A stretch of DNA of 56,070 nt, filler included, from Sphacelaria rigidula (GCA_964200075.2; 5 parts of 5 records of this genome joined end to end with filler, not necessarily neighbours in it); one strand, 5' to 3'; counted from the whole stretch's first letter, positions 36,898-49,249 are shown. Program-made: numbers and translations. Notes: generated from the letters alone by a model not told the origin.

Positions 36898-37975
36898 TAA
36901 ATAGTAATGTACAGATCGCGACTGGTAATCCATGCCATTTGCATTGGCACCACAACAGCTGCAATACATTCACACCATCCGTAGCCATCGTTCGAGCCAT
37001 CGTTCGAGCCATCGTTCGAGCCATCGCACGGTGCAAACGGCCTCCTAGCGCACGAGAAACGCGCCTCCTACACACAGTGCCAAAAAATACCACCACTCGA
37101 CTGGACTCGTGCAAAGTCATGTTGTACAAGTCGATACCTGTAAATATAACGGTCTTGCTATTTACGTCAACGTTGACGTAGTCTGTTTCATACTTTAACG
37201 CAAAGCATCCGCCCCACAAGCCCCGCATGGACACATCAACACATGGAAACACTCACACAGTCTCTAGCTATCGTTCAAGCCATCGCACGGAGCAAACGGA
37301 CTCGTAACGGATGAGATACATGCTTATGGAAGAGTGCATGCAGAGAGCATGCATTATGCATGTATGTCATCCGTTACGGGTCCGTTTGCTCCGTGCGATG
37401 GCTTGAACGATAGCTAGAGACTGTGTGAGTATTTTCCATATGTTGCTGTGTCCATGCAGGGCTTGTAGGACGGATGATTTACGTTGGTGGATGTAACAGA
37501 TTACGTCAACGTTGACGTAAATAGCAAGACCCTAAATATAATAGTTATGTGCTAGTCCAGCGAGTGGAATATCGGTCCACGTTCGTCACATGTGCCTTGC
37601 ATCGACACCATGACAGCTGTAATACACTCACACCATCTGTAGCCATCGTTCGAGCCATCGCACGGTGCAAACGACCCCGCAGCGGACGAGAAACGCGCCT
37701 CCTACACACAGTGCCAAAAAAATACCGCCACCCGACTGGACTCGTGAAAAATCATGTACAAGCAGCAGCTACTTGTAAATAGTTATGTACAAGTCCCCAG
37801 CGAGTGGAATACCGGTCCGCGTTCGTCCCATGTGCCTTGCATCGACACCACAGCAGCTGCAATACACTCACGCAGTCCGTAGCCATCGTTCGAGCCATCG
37901 CACGGTACGAACCTCCCCGCGGTGGGCGCGAATCGCGCCCGCTACTCACGGTGCCAAGAGTTACCACTGCACCTA
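36898..37975. repeat. Degenerate tandem repeat, three units of about 240 bp, interrupted by a MITE
   Basis: Units start at about 36898, 37540 and 37776 (aatagt-atgt) and share cagctgcaatacactcac and gtagccatcgttcgagccatcgcacggt. Unit 1 has an internal 12-bp expansion. Confidence 0.85.
37150..37532. mobile_element. Mutator-like foldback MITE with 9-bp TSD
   Basis: Almost wholly palindromic (ggtcttgctatttacgtcaacgttgacgta ... tacgtcaacgttgacgtaaatagcaagacc). Flanked by the direct repeat TAAATATAA at 37141-37149 and 37533-37541. Confidence 0.85.
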
Positions 37976-38893
37976 GATATAGCTTCGGCAAAAAAACGCA
38001 ACTTAGGCGACTTGGGCATACGCTGTTTTAACTGGGGGCTGGGTGCCGTGGGAGCACTTGGTGATGTGCTTTCGATTCAACTACCCGATCAGTGGAACTG
38101 CCTGCCCCGACAGCCTTCGAAACCCGTATGCGTTAAACGTTTTTTCAGCTTTAGTTGCTAGATTTCTAGCTACGAACGGCACACAGTGCATCCCAAGTTG
38201 TAAGGGCCGTTATTGTCGACACAGTTTTTTCGGAGATCGCCGAGAGTTTAGACGTTTTCGCACCTTGCGCTTGGCGTTCTCCGACTGCCCCCCCGTGTCA
38301 CAGAGAGGTTGCGAGGAAAATGTTTACCACAGTTGTTATGAACGCCATACACGGGCACGTGGCATACCCCATCCTCTATTTTGCCGAGGAAGGCAAGCAA
38401 ACGTCGAGATCAGCATCATCTGTAATGATACATCTAACAGCAACAGTAGTAGACCTAGATAATAATAACCCTAGGCGATTGTCGAAATTTCAGACCCTCT
38501 CCCATTTGTTTCTATTTTTGTCGGTAACAAAGGCCCCAACAGTGCGTTTCTTCGGTCGAGACACTGGATACCGCCAGGGTTTTGAGCGCTTCGCGAAAAC
38601 AAACGAGAAATACGCAAATAATGTATCGGGTTTTGAATCAGCCTGCACTGCATCACTCCAAAGCTAAACCGGAGAACAAGAGATCGTTCGCTAACGTAAA
38701 GAAGGGGCCTGAGGTTTGAAGGTGATTTTTCTCTGCGCTCGTCTATGGCTAGAAGTGCACAGTGTTGGAATTTGATAAATAACAGTTCCGAATATTCATA
38801 CTCGAGATTAGCGGTGAAACCTGGTACGGTTCATCGTTAGGACAAAGATCGTAGTAATATCCGAAGGAGTAAATTATTCGTCGTCGAATAGCC

Positions 38894-39245
38894 GGTCGCC
38901 CCGGTGGCTCAGTTGGTAATCTCGAAACCTTCTGACGGTCGGGTCGTGGGATCAAATCTCGGAGCGACCTGGGATTTTTTCTCGCACAATGCCCGACAGT
39001 GGAGAGTGACTATGTCGTAGGTACACAAAATTCGACTTACCGAGGAAAGGGACTGCTGAACCTGTCTCGCGATAAAAAATAAAAGGCAAGCACCGCAGGA
39101 GGAAGGTGATGTACTAAAAACAAACAAACAAGCAAACAAAAATCCTGTGCTGACCTTCCTCCTGTGTGATCCCGGCTGATGCACCCACATATACCGAAAG
39201 ATGTAGACTGGCGTCCAGAATAGATGGGAGGACAACATACACAGA
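38894..39245 (+). mobile_element. tRNA-derived SINE-like element
   Basis: The head at 38894-38969 has an A box (TGGCTCAGTTGG), a degenerate B box (GGATCAAATC) and GGTCGC/GCGACC acceptor-like pairing. The 3' boundary is approximate. Confidence 0.65.
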
Positions 39246-39826
39246 AAACGAGTAGTGTGCTTGTTTTCAAGCAAGCAATCGCGGTATGTGTGTATATAGT
39301 ACGTACCAGGGAACGCACAGTGTAAACGAACCATCTGTACAACACATCATTCATACGCGACCAACGGTATCGTGTATGTACAGTATACTGTATCCACCTC
39401 AATACTCTTTCTCCCGGCCTGTCTCACGTCTTTTATTCTATAGATCTACTACCTCGATGAACAATGAACTCTGTCTATGATGTTAGGCAGGAAAGATAGC
39501 GAAAGTGAGCCCCCAAGCGCTTCCATCATCGAGTCATTCCTCGCCGTTTTTTTGGCCTAACCCCCCCCCCCCCCCCAACCTCCGTGTCGATGTTTCCCGA
39601 CTCTGCGCTTCAGACTAATCCTTTCCTCAGGCTATACCATGGTTGTCGAGCATTACCTCCCGTAAAAAGTTGGAGTTGGCCACCCGTATTTACTTCTCCT
39701 CATCTTCAAGGTACTTTGTCCATCTTACGTTGCTTTCACCGCTCCAGGTCGAAATCCTCGCGACTAACCGCCCTCCCACCCTTTGTGCCTCGTTTTTCAC
39801 ACTTCGTTGTTTGGTTTTGGTTTAAG

Positions 39827-40075
39827 ATGCACTCATGTATGGCGACGAGTCATCAACGAACTCTTCAAGCGGGTCCGATGATGACGGCACGCTCATGTCG
39901 CTTGTGTCGTTCGGCGAGTGCGTTGACGGAGAAATTGTGACGTGCGATTCGGACACGCTCACGTACACCATATACACCACCGACGATTGCGCAGACGGCA
40001 CGGTGAACGCGACCTTGACGTCGAGTCATGATATGTGCTACATGGACATGCAATCCGTTGGCTGTTCAACTACTG
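39827..40075 (+). CDS. Unknown secreted protein, exon 2
   Basis: taag acceptor after a T-rich tract, gtgagt donor, 249 bp, phase 1-1. Reads DALMYGDESSTNSSSGSDDDGTLMSLVSFGECVDGEIVTCDSDTLTYTIYTTDDCADGTVNATLTSSHDMCYMDMQSVGCSTT, rich in C/G-ending codons. Confidence 0.8.
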
Positions 40076-40541
40076 GTGAGTGCCCTATGCGGTATCCCGT
40101 GTACGAAGGTCAACTCACAAAGCACTCATGAGGTTTTTCGTTTGTACATCGTGATAGTGTTTTTTTCAATACGAGGGTATGTCCAGAGCCGGTCTACAGA
40201 GAGTGGGGCGGGTCCGAGAAGCGAGGAACAATGATTTAATCATAGTCGGGTCTCAGAGTACACAACATGTGACGCTGACCACGTAAAAGCATGTCCGGCT
40301 TCCAGTCATGGTATGCAATAAACGAGATTGCTCTGCTGTAATAGTACACATGAGGAACCGGTCTCGACTGATACTGCGTGCAAGTACCGCCTGGTCTTCC
40401 GAGGGCACGGCCATGATGATATTTGTATGTCCGCGTGTCGCTATCGTCTCGGTTGGTTCATCGTTATTAGGATCTCAGCAATCCTCCCGTCCTCTGCTTA
40501 AAACGACTGTCTTCTTCGATGAAAAATTGTATCCGGCGCAG

Positions 40542-40709
40542 ATCCGGATTACGTTTCTGATTACGACGACTTCGACATTATCGCGACGTACTTCAGCGAG
40601 GACACCTGCGAAACCTCCACCTCCACGGAGACAATAACCTTCGGTGACATCGACGAAATCATGGAGGCCACGATGAACGACTTATTTGCTATGTACAGCT
40701 CTTCTTCAG
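40542..40709 (+). CDS. Unknown secreted protein, exon 3
   Basis: cgcag acceptor, gtgagt donor, 168 bp, phase 1-1. Reads DPDYVSDYDDFDIIATYFSEDTCETSTSTETITFGDIDEIMEATMNDLFAMYSSSS. Confidence 0.8.
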
Positions 40710-41329
40710 GTGAGTCAATATTGTCGCCAAAGCGGCAGCTAAACGGGAAATGTTTCCGCTATTTGTTCATGATGAGCCCTACTACCCCTGTTGGCGGCGT
40801 AGGATGGAGTAGGGTTTCGATGTTGCGCCCTTCGTTCCGATCTGGACAACAAGGCATACACACATGCATCAGACCCACTCATGCCCACGTAACTGAAGTT
40901 GAAGAAGCAAGTACACAAACTGGCCAGGGAGGTACATTGAGGTGCACATTACAACGTACCACGTCTCCGCTTGCTTGCCAACGTGCACATACAAGGTGTT
41001 CACACACGATGATGCGCAAATTGAGCAACCTCAAGTCAACAACGTCGATATATACGCGTTGACCCCCCTGCCATACTTGAGAACATTGCAATATGTGTCT
41101 CAAAGCACTATCTGACCGCTGCGTAGCATATATACAGGAGATTTAGAAAGGAAGTGAAGACGTTGACTGCCCTCTGCACACTCACTCGTTCGTTCTTCAG
41201 CTTGTGTCCTTGTCGCGCACCCCTGCTACGCTGTGTCCTGTATCCCCTACCCGGGCTTGCCAGGGGGTACTTGCAGTTTGCAAGCTATACCGATCGATTA
41301 CTAGCCGTTAGATCACTATGAATATATAT

Positions 41330-42768
41330 CACACCCTGGACAATACAATAGGTATATATATATATATATATATATATATTGCCCGCTCAATATATCGACG
41401 CGTCGGGTGGTCAATATATATTGGGCGACACGCGCCACCTCAATATATAGTTCCTCTGTCTCATAAGTCTGGGAAGTTATGGGCTTTTAACCGTTTGCGC
41501 ATCCATACTCTTCCGATCATCCTATAGTTGGGGTCGTTGGAAAGATGGAGCGCCAACGAAGCTGATGCAAAAAAATGAAGAAAGACAATGTCAGTTATCC
41601 ATACTAAAATGACGTCAAAATGTGCCCATTTTGGCGCATTTTTGGTCCACGTATACCCCAATATTGACATTTTTTGAACGTTTGAACGTCAAACACCAGC
41701 GGTTACATGCTAGGTCAACATCATGGTGGTACCCAAAATCAATTGACTGTTCTTTTGCGATTTTTACGTTTTTTCGCGGTTTTTTGTGTTCCCGGATCCC
41801 CCATGCTTGCTGGGAAAAAGAGCGAAAAATTGCCGATTTTTGGCCGACCTAATTTTTCTCGACCACGAGACTGTACGCGTCGAGCACCCACGTCGTGGAA
41901 AGAGTGTTGTTTTCAGCATAATTAACGCCAACGAATGCAATAAAGAATTCGAAAATCAAATCGGACACCGTTAAGGGCTCGTACAAAGATAACTTCCCAG
42001 ACTTATGAGTCAGAGGAAGTATTGGCCGAGTCAAATGTTCGTGCGAGAAGGCACCAATATATATGTATACATGTCGTGTGATATGTTGGCTGGCACACAA
42101 GGTCAATACCTCTTGACGATTCAATATACTCGACACCCGAAGCGTCAATATATATTGCCGCCCCAATAGGTCGTGCGTCAATGCGTCCAACATATATTAG
42201 GCGGACAATACACGAGGGAACCGACGGTCACAATCCATGTTGTTGTAGCAAATATATTGATTTTCAACATGTAGATTAGAAAGCGTATTGAAATTAGTAT
42301 AGTGGGCAGTTCTTTGTTCGCGGGCGCCATTCAAAGATGTATTTTACATACCGAAAACGCTCAATGTATTCCTCCGCAAGCGAGTCAAATATATATTGGC
42401 TGCACAATAGCTATGTGCGATGAGCGTGCGCAAAATATATTGGATAAAAACAACTTCTGCATGGTTTGCGTTCAATATATATCATGGTAACAATATGCTA
42501 TACGCATTGCTTCGACTCAATATATAGTGACACAACACATTCACAGCCGGCATGCACATATACTTAATATTTTAGTCCCGGAGAAAATGCGTGTCCAATA
42601 TATTATGTCATACATTACTTCATGATCATGGCAAGAGCAGAATATGTTGTTGCTTCAATGTCTCCGAGTACATCTCAACACAGTATATATTGACAGGACA
42701 ATATTTGCGCTGGCTCCAATACAAAGTATTGGTATCATATTGGAACATATTTTAGTGTCCAGGGTATA
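41330..42768. mobile_element. Larger relative of the CACACCCTGGAC-TIR family, with an internal CAATATATATTG motif array
   Basis: cacaccctggacaata ... tagtgtccagggtata ends; many caatatatattg-like motifs inside. Confidence 0.6.
41450..42019. mobile_element. Stowaway/Tc1-mariner-like MITE (570 bp, TA TSD), nested
   Basis: About 30-bp TIR ttcctctgtctcataagtctgggaagttat / ataacttcccagacttatgagtcagaggaa with TA on both sides. Removing it restores the host motif caatatatattgg. Confidence 0.85.
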
Positions 42769-43839
42769 AGCAACACAGTCCCGGTGACCACAGGGGTACC
42801 AAAAGGCGCATACCGACCCGCGTTCTCTGTCATCGTGATGTTTAGCCAAGATATATTAATTGCATTCTGGGAAAGGGATGGGCGGCCCCGCAACGGTGGC
42901 CAGATAGGTATCAGGATGTTTATGTATTGGCTCGCCTCTTCTTCTGTAACCATTTTGTTTTACCAATGTATGTATATATATATAAATAAATAAATCAAAA
43001 GCATTCGACAACTCTCCGTAGTAATACACGCGACCTTCTGCGGCTCCCTTCGAACGGGCTCCGGCATCCATCGCGTTTGGATCTTTCTTGAAGCGTACAC
43101 CATACTCATAGTATTCAATGTCAGGGAAATAGTATGTATGAATGCAAGCAATCAGACACAGGTTTACCTTTATTGACGATTGCAGCAACTAGTCTCAGTC
43201 TGGGTAGTAACAGCAGTAGCAGTACAGGTGCAACAAAGAGAAGGATCTGCCTAGTACACAAGTTGCTGTATCTCCGTAAAACTTGCTGTAAGTATGCTGA
43301 ATTCTTCTGGAAACACTTTCAGAACGTTCTTCGTAGATCTAGATGATTCTGGATTCTGTGTATGTGGGGGATTTTTGCAATATTCAATGTCAGTCATTGG
43401 TAACGACTACTATCTATCGTAGGTTATCGTAAACAAGTAAGAAATCATGTGAGTGTTCCAGAAATAGTCTGCGGTATATTCTGCGGTACATTATGTATCC
43501 AGAACAAGCTGTCGGGGGATTAATCGGGAGTTATCGGTCGTAATATCCCGCGAGTGTTCTAGAAGTGTGGAAGGTCTGGAAGTTTATTAGCTGATTGGTA
43601 GGCTCGCACACTTGGTGCTCGCCCACCTGATCGCTCCTGTACTACTTCTCTTCTTCATCACCATGAGCGAAAATTTGACTTCGGGAGTCAGTCAATATTG
43701 AACATCTTCATTTCTTGAGTCAAGTTCTCTGACGGATCAAACCGTGGCCCGAGTGTAATCCTCCGCGGTAGGCTACTCAGTCTACAAAGCACACGCAGCA
43801 CAGCACCGCTGCAGCTGCAGGACGCTTTACACTCCCATC

Positions 43840-44140
43840 CAATATATATTGACCGGCCAATACATCGACACCCACGCAGACCCAATATACATTGGCCGGC
43901 CAATATGTTCTCATCATTGCGAGCCTAATATATATTGGTCATGCAATATGCTGTCGCCCACGCTGCCCCAACATATATCGATGGGACAACATGTGTTCGA
44001 CCCCACACTATCAATATATATTGGGCGGACAATAGCTATGCAGTCCCACGACACCAATATATACATTGGGCGCGCAATACGTGAGCAGTCCAAGGGTACC
44101 AATATATATTACGCCGGCAATATATCGCAAAATTCCAATA
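43840..44140. repeat. Second array of CAATATATATTG motifs
   Basis: About ten copies of the palindromic motif at roughly 25-35 bp spacing. Confidence 0.75.
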
Positions 44141-44838
44141 TGATCGACCACAGTAGTCAGCATCAGAAGTTTTCAGAATTCGTAATTGTCCTCTTTTCTG
44201 AGTTTGTCTGGAGTACCGTTCTTCACTACTACTTGAAAGCGCTAGCGCCGGTAGATTTAGGGAGAAAGCGTAGGCCCCCCTCAAACTGCAGTGCTCACGT
44301 GGGTGTTTTTGGGGCGGTGCGGACTTGATACCCCGTTTATAAGGAGGGTGTTATTGGCCGTTCTTGGTCCAATATAAACAGTTTTCCCGCTCTTCAGCGA
44401 CTGAACGGTAAATATTCAGATAAATTAATACGTAAAAAGTTCTTCACAATAACGATCGAGATCGTGTTTCATCCCTATACTGCACAGACCTCAGTCTAGA
44501 ATTTTCTGCGGATGGCCTATTTTCGGGGGATTTTCGCATGACATTTTCCATGAGCACTCGAAAGTGCTAGCGTCGATAGTTTTGGAAAAATATACAAACC
44601 GTGCTTGAATCACAATCGCCCAAGTTGGTGTTGTGGGGGCGATACCGGGTAAGGACCCCGTTCATCAGGAGGTGTTATTGACCGTGAATGGTTCAAGAGA
44701 CATATTTTTTCTGCTTTAGCGCAGTGACTAGGTGGAATTTCAAAAAAACAATCCTTTTTGAGTCCTTGTTTATTTGATCCGGATCGAGTCGGTCCACCGA
44801 AAACACCGAAAAGCTAGAGCCTGGGATCGTATTTTTGC

Positions 44839-44938
44839 NNNNNNNNNNNNNNNNNNNNNNNNNNNNNNNNNNNNNNNNNNNNTTAATTAATTAANNNNNN
44901 NNNNNNNNNNNNNNNNNNNNNNNNNNNNNNNNNNNNNN
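44839..44938. other. Artificial contig linker
   Basis: N44-TTAATTAATTAA-N44. Confidence 0.99.
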
Positions 44939-47021
44939 CCGGAACTTTTTCTAGTGGCGGTCCCCGGTATATGTACGGTGGCAGTCTGTACATTTGCCTA
45001 GGTTTTGGTTGCTTGTTTTACAGCGCCGTTGCCACTCGACACCAACCCAAGAGTCTAGAGGTGAGGGGAAAGGGGGAAGGCTGGTTTTGGGGGGGGGGTA
45101 TCGTAGAAAGTGCCTGATCCACAAGGAAAAGTGACTGTAAACCTCGCTTCCGTGCTGTTCGCTGCGCTGCGCGCGGGTTTCACCGCTACAGTGCGTGCAT
45201 ATGCACTAGGGCCGACACTCATAAGAGTGGGGCGACGCGTGCACTGCGCCAAGTTGACAGCGGGTTTCAGTGGATTCAATTCCCACAGTGCCTTGAGCAA
45301 AGCTTTCCGAATGCTGGAGGCGCCTACCCCATATGACCACCACGCGGTGGTTTAGCCGAGCCTCCGCGTAATCGGCACACGAGCCCGTTCGCGGGGGGAG
45401 TGTTATCATAGGTGACGTTTCCTCCCCCTTCCGAGGTTTAAAGAAAAGTGTATTGCACCGCAGTGTACTTGCTTACTACGTGCGCCGAAGAATAGCGAGT
45501 ATAACGGTCATCGCTCGTGTCGTCGTATCCGCGGCCCATTGTTTCCACCCCCCAAGGTTTATCGCACTCAGCTGTATGACCGTCGTGGGCGTCAGAGAGT
45601 CATCACATCATGGGGAGAGCAGGTGAACAATGTACCACTCGTCTGCAGGTGTGTGTCTACGGTTAGGTTAAGTTGGTCGCGATGTACGCCACGTCGCGGC
45701 GATACCTGACGCTAGTCCCAGCAACTTCGGACAGGCGAACCGTATAGACCGACGGCATCTGAAGGTCACCCGGACCCGTTGTGCGCGCGCTCCCTTTGCC
45801 ACGAAGAATACGTCATTCACATGGTGAAGCTGTCACGGGTCGTCGTAGATCCAGCGGTCGCTGGATGATTTCCGGCGATGAAAAAAAGTTGCCACGTGCT
45901 TGACGAATGGTGCGCGATCCGTCCTCCTCTTTTCGTACTGGTGTGCTTCTTATACAGCACCCCAGTTGTGCAACATCGTGATCACTCCTTACGAACGGCA
46001 AGCCACATCTACAGTGCAGTGCATTCGTGATTTGTGCACTGTCGGAGCTGTGCGTGCACCCAATGTGCATAAAACAAGCAGCAGCAGCAGCAGTGCCGAT
46101 TTTCGGTGGTGCAGACTTTTCTGAATCAGGAATGGAAACTTGCGTTGTCTCGGCGGAAAACATCGGGACCGTTGAATACATGCACTGTATGTAATACGGA
46201 GAAACGTGCGTCGTAAAGCATGCAAAAATAAAAACACCCGCCGTAAATTAGTGCTTTTTCGTGACCGTCCTACTAAGGGGTTCCTACTCAATGATCCCAT
46301 GTCTTGGAGAATTCGATGCCACACAGTTGTCCGCTTTTTGCACCGCTGCGTTTCAAAGCGTAGGTCATCGAAGGGATAAAGAGAGACAGTACGGAGCTGG
46401 TGCGCAACGCCCTTCGCCAGGAGCTTGCGAACCCTCACGAGCGGCTTGAGGCATCCGGACCAGCCGGGGCACCTTATTCCTACGCGAATGCTGTGCGAGT
46501 GATTGATAATTATTCGTTTGATGTAGATACCCGTAACGCCTGCTGGAGCAGCCACCGTCGTGCAGAGATTATCTGGACGCTAGCTCGCAGTGTAGATCAA
46601 CTTTGCCGCCACAAAACACCTTCGGCCCCAACAAAGCTACTCTGTCATGTACTTCAGTTTACATACAATGCGATATCAAAAATGCATTGTGAGAGGGTAG
46701 CGCTGCTACAACCATCAAATTTGACGAAATAACTAATGAGAGGGCGATGGAGCTGCCAAGGCCTTCATCGACCTTACGTACCTTTGTGATACGCACGTCT
46801 AGTCCCAGGGGGTGAGGCCAGTTCCTGGCGTTGAAGTATCGACCGAATAACTTGTTTGACATATTCTTGTCGGCCGGTACAAAAATCTATGAATGCTTCG
46901 TGTGGTTATCGGAGAAGAAGCGCAGCGCAAAGAGTAAACGAGTTCGAAAGCGCTGTGTGCGAGCTTCGCGAACGGCTTTCGTTGCCCCAGAGAGATTGAA
47001 AAAAACTTATTTGGGGTGAAT

Positions 47022-47456
47022 CCGATCACCAAAATTGACGATGGAGCTTTTCATTGAGAAAAATAAAAACCCGGAAAATCAAAATCTTAGTGCCTGCATT
47101 AATTCTTCGAGATAGGGCGGCATTCCTTCACCTACTTGTAGCTATTGACAACTACTACACGCCGTACAAATTCGGATCCCGATAACTGATTTTCTTGGGC
47201 CCTAGTTGAAAAACAATTTCTGAGGAATTCAGGTAACACACGGCACACCTAAATCCCTCATGATTGTTTTTTTCAAGTAGAACTCAAGAAATTCGGTCAT
47301 CGGCATCCAATTCGTATGGCGTGTTGTAGGTGTCAATAGCTACAAGTAGGTGAGGGAATGCAGCCCTATTTCGAAGAATTGGTGTGGATACGAAGATTTT
47401 GATTTTCCGGGTTATAACCCTCAATAAAAAGCCTCATTTTCAATTTCGGTGGTCGG
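47022..47456. mobile_element. 435-bp foldback element
   Basis: Arms ccgatcaccaaaattga ... cacctacttgtagctattgaca are mirrored by tgtcaatagctacaagtaggtg ... tcaatttcggtggtcgg. Confidence 0.85.
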
Positions 47457-47624
47457 CTGCTCATTGGAAATAATGAGCGTTTAAAAAGAAGATAGGGAAT
47501 CTCCAACTTCTTGCCGTCTGATACCATGGTCAACGAAGGGGTGTGTTTCCAGGGTCACGCCATAACATGACGTTGCGTTCCGCCGCATTTGCACGGTATC
47601 TTCTCTCAGGCTTTATTCACACAG

Positions 47625-47729
47625 GAGCAAATGGACAGGGTGGTGGATGACCTCAAGCAGACGACGAGAGAAATAAATCATGAAATGAAGCGATTTTTCA
47701 GCGACACGGAGTGGGTCAGCATTGATCGG
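47625..47729 (+). CDS. Possible upstream exon of the ankyrin-repeat gene
   Basis: cacag acceptor; reads EQMDRVVDDLKQTTREINHEMKRFFSDTEWVSIDR (helical). The donor would be a non-canonical GCGAGT. Confidence 0.35.
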
Positions 47730-47820
47730 GCGAGTGCTTAGACGGTTTGATTATTTTTCATGAAAACATGAATGCTCCGTAGTGCTAGCTAGATTGCTTG
47801 CTTTCCCGATCAAATTCGAT

Positions 47821-48046
47821 TAGGGTATTTCAAGTACCCGGGTAAAATACTCGGATATTCGCTCTACCCACGCCTGGCGTAAATTGGGTACGATCTTAGT
47901 ACTCTACCCGAAAATTGGGTAAAGCTGGGTATGAGTTCAGTACTATTCCCGAATGCTGAGAAATTTGTGTACGATCTCCAACCTCTACCCATTTTTGTTC
48001 CTGAGAGTAAATCATTTCGGAATACCCGGGTATGCGGTACACCCTG
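47821..48046. mobile_element. Small hAT-like MITE with TACCCG motifs
   Basis: tagggt...tacccgggta and tacccgggta...accctg ends, with repeated taccc/gggta motifs inside. Confidence 0.5.
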
Positions 48047-48109
48047 CCCGACCTACCCTTGTCATATTTTGTACTCAGGATTGATGCACCCCCCCCCCAG
48101 GAGAGTGAA

Positions 48110-48315
48110 GGTTTCGAGGAGGCAAAATCTACATGTGAATTAAAATGACAAAAGCTGAGCACACCGGGCAGCTGGGAACTCCCACGCTAGAGATCGTTTT
48201 CGCCAATGTTGCCCGTATGAGGCGCTTCATGTAGTCTGACACCAGCTATCATGCGCGATATGGACACTTTTTTCGTGACAGTTTCGGGGCTGATTTGTGT
48301 ATGTGGGGGGGGGGT
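48110..48315 (+). repeat. Dispersed repeat of about 200 bp, copy 2
   Basis: Aligns with 51391-51597 and, inverted, with 10861-11060. Confidence 0.75.
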
Positions 48316-48746
48316 GTCACGGCCTTGCTCTCAATTTACTCAAGGAAATGCGGCTGTGCGTCTTGTGAACATATCGATGCCACCCTACAGCTCAGTATAT
48401 CCCGAAGTATTCGATACATCTCCGTTTTCTCAGGGAGCAATAGGTACAGACTCTTCAAGCGGGAACGTCCTTGGAGTATCTCAAAATCGTTATTATGAGC
48501 ATCGCAGTGATTGCGGTCACGCGTCGAGCCTAACAGCTCGATGAAGTGGTGAGCTGCCTCGAGGCAGGATTTCACCGTGTTGCGTGATTGCGCAGAACAA
48601 GTCTAAGTTCCCTATCGAATCATCCTGAACGCAGCTGCCTCCGGTGTACGGTAAAATTTGACGCATACTACTGCTCTCACGGACACTAATGCTCCGCGTC
48701 GAGGTTGACCATAACTCAGGCACACTTTTGATGGGGTACGATGCAG

Positions 48747-48854
48747 GCCTTGGTCGAAACCGGCACATACGCTGAGGCTTTCATCTCGCGAGCAGTGGGG
48801 GGGGATACAGGCCTCCATCTTTCCATCACTTTGGGAAGCTTGCATGCCGCCCAG
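48747..48854 (+). CDS. Ankyrin-repeat protein, exon (not in the ORF track)
   Basis: tgcag acceptor, CAG|gtgaac donor, 108 bp, phase 0-0. ALVETGTYAEAFISRAVGGDTGLHLSITLGSLHAAQ matches the ankyrin pattern GxTxLHxAxxxG. Confidence 0.65.
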
Positions 48855-49249
48855 GTGAACATACATATATATATGTACCCCTTCTTTTAGTGTGAGAATA
48901 TTTCACTGTTTGTCCAAACGGCACGTATAGGGTACTACATCAGCCCGATGTAACGCTTTGTAAATTGGCAAAAATGTTAATCAAGCGCAAAAACCACTCT
49001 CAAGGCTTTGCCGCGCAACCAACTTCCAGGCGGCAAGTAACAATGGCAACCAGCTCTGGGCACTAGCTAACCACATCTACAAAAGCTAAGCTTACGGTAG
49101 TCCATGCGTACTCGCACTGTATGGACAACATCCTCGCCTATATTGAGCTTATTTTCACCTTTCACCCGGTGATGTGGCTACTGCAGCTGGCTCTATGTCT
49201 GCGCCAAGCCATATCTTTGATTCTTGATTCTCGTTCGACTTTATCGAAG

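Noticed and set aside
41201..41304. Possible last exon of the secreted protein (ACVLVAHPCYAVSCIPYPG...)
   Set aside because: Acceptor and phase fit, but the composition differs from exons 2-3 and there is no other support.
43840..44140. CRISPR-like repeat-spacer appearance of the CAATATATATTG arrays
   Set aside because: The motif is only about 12 bp and degenerate, spacing is irregular, there are no cas genes, and the context is eukaryotic.
46270..46732. Coding-like stretch VIEGIKRDSTELVRNALRQELANP...
   Set aside because: There are in-frame stops upstream, no clear splice pair and no recognised family.
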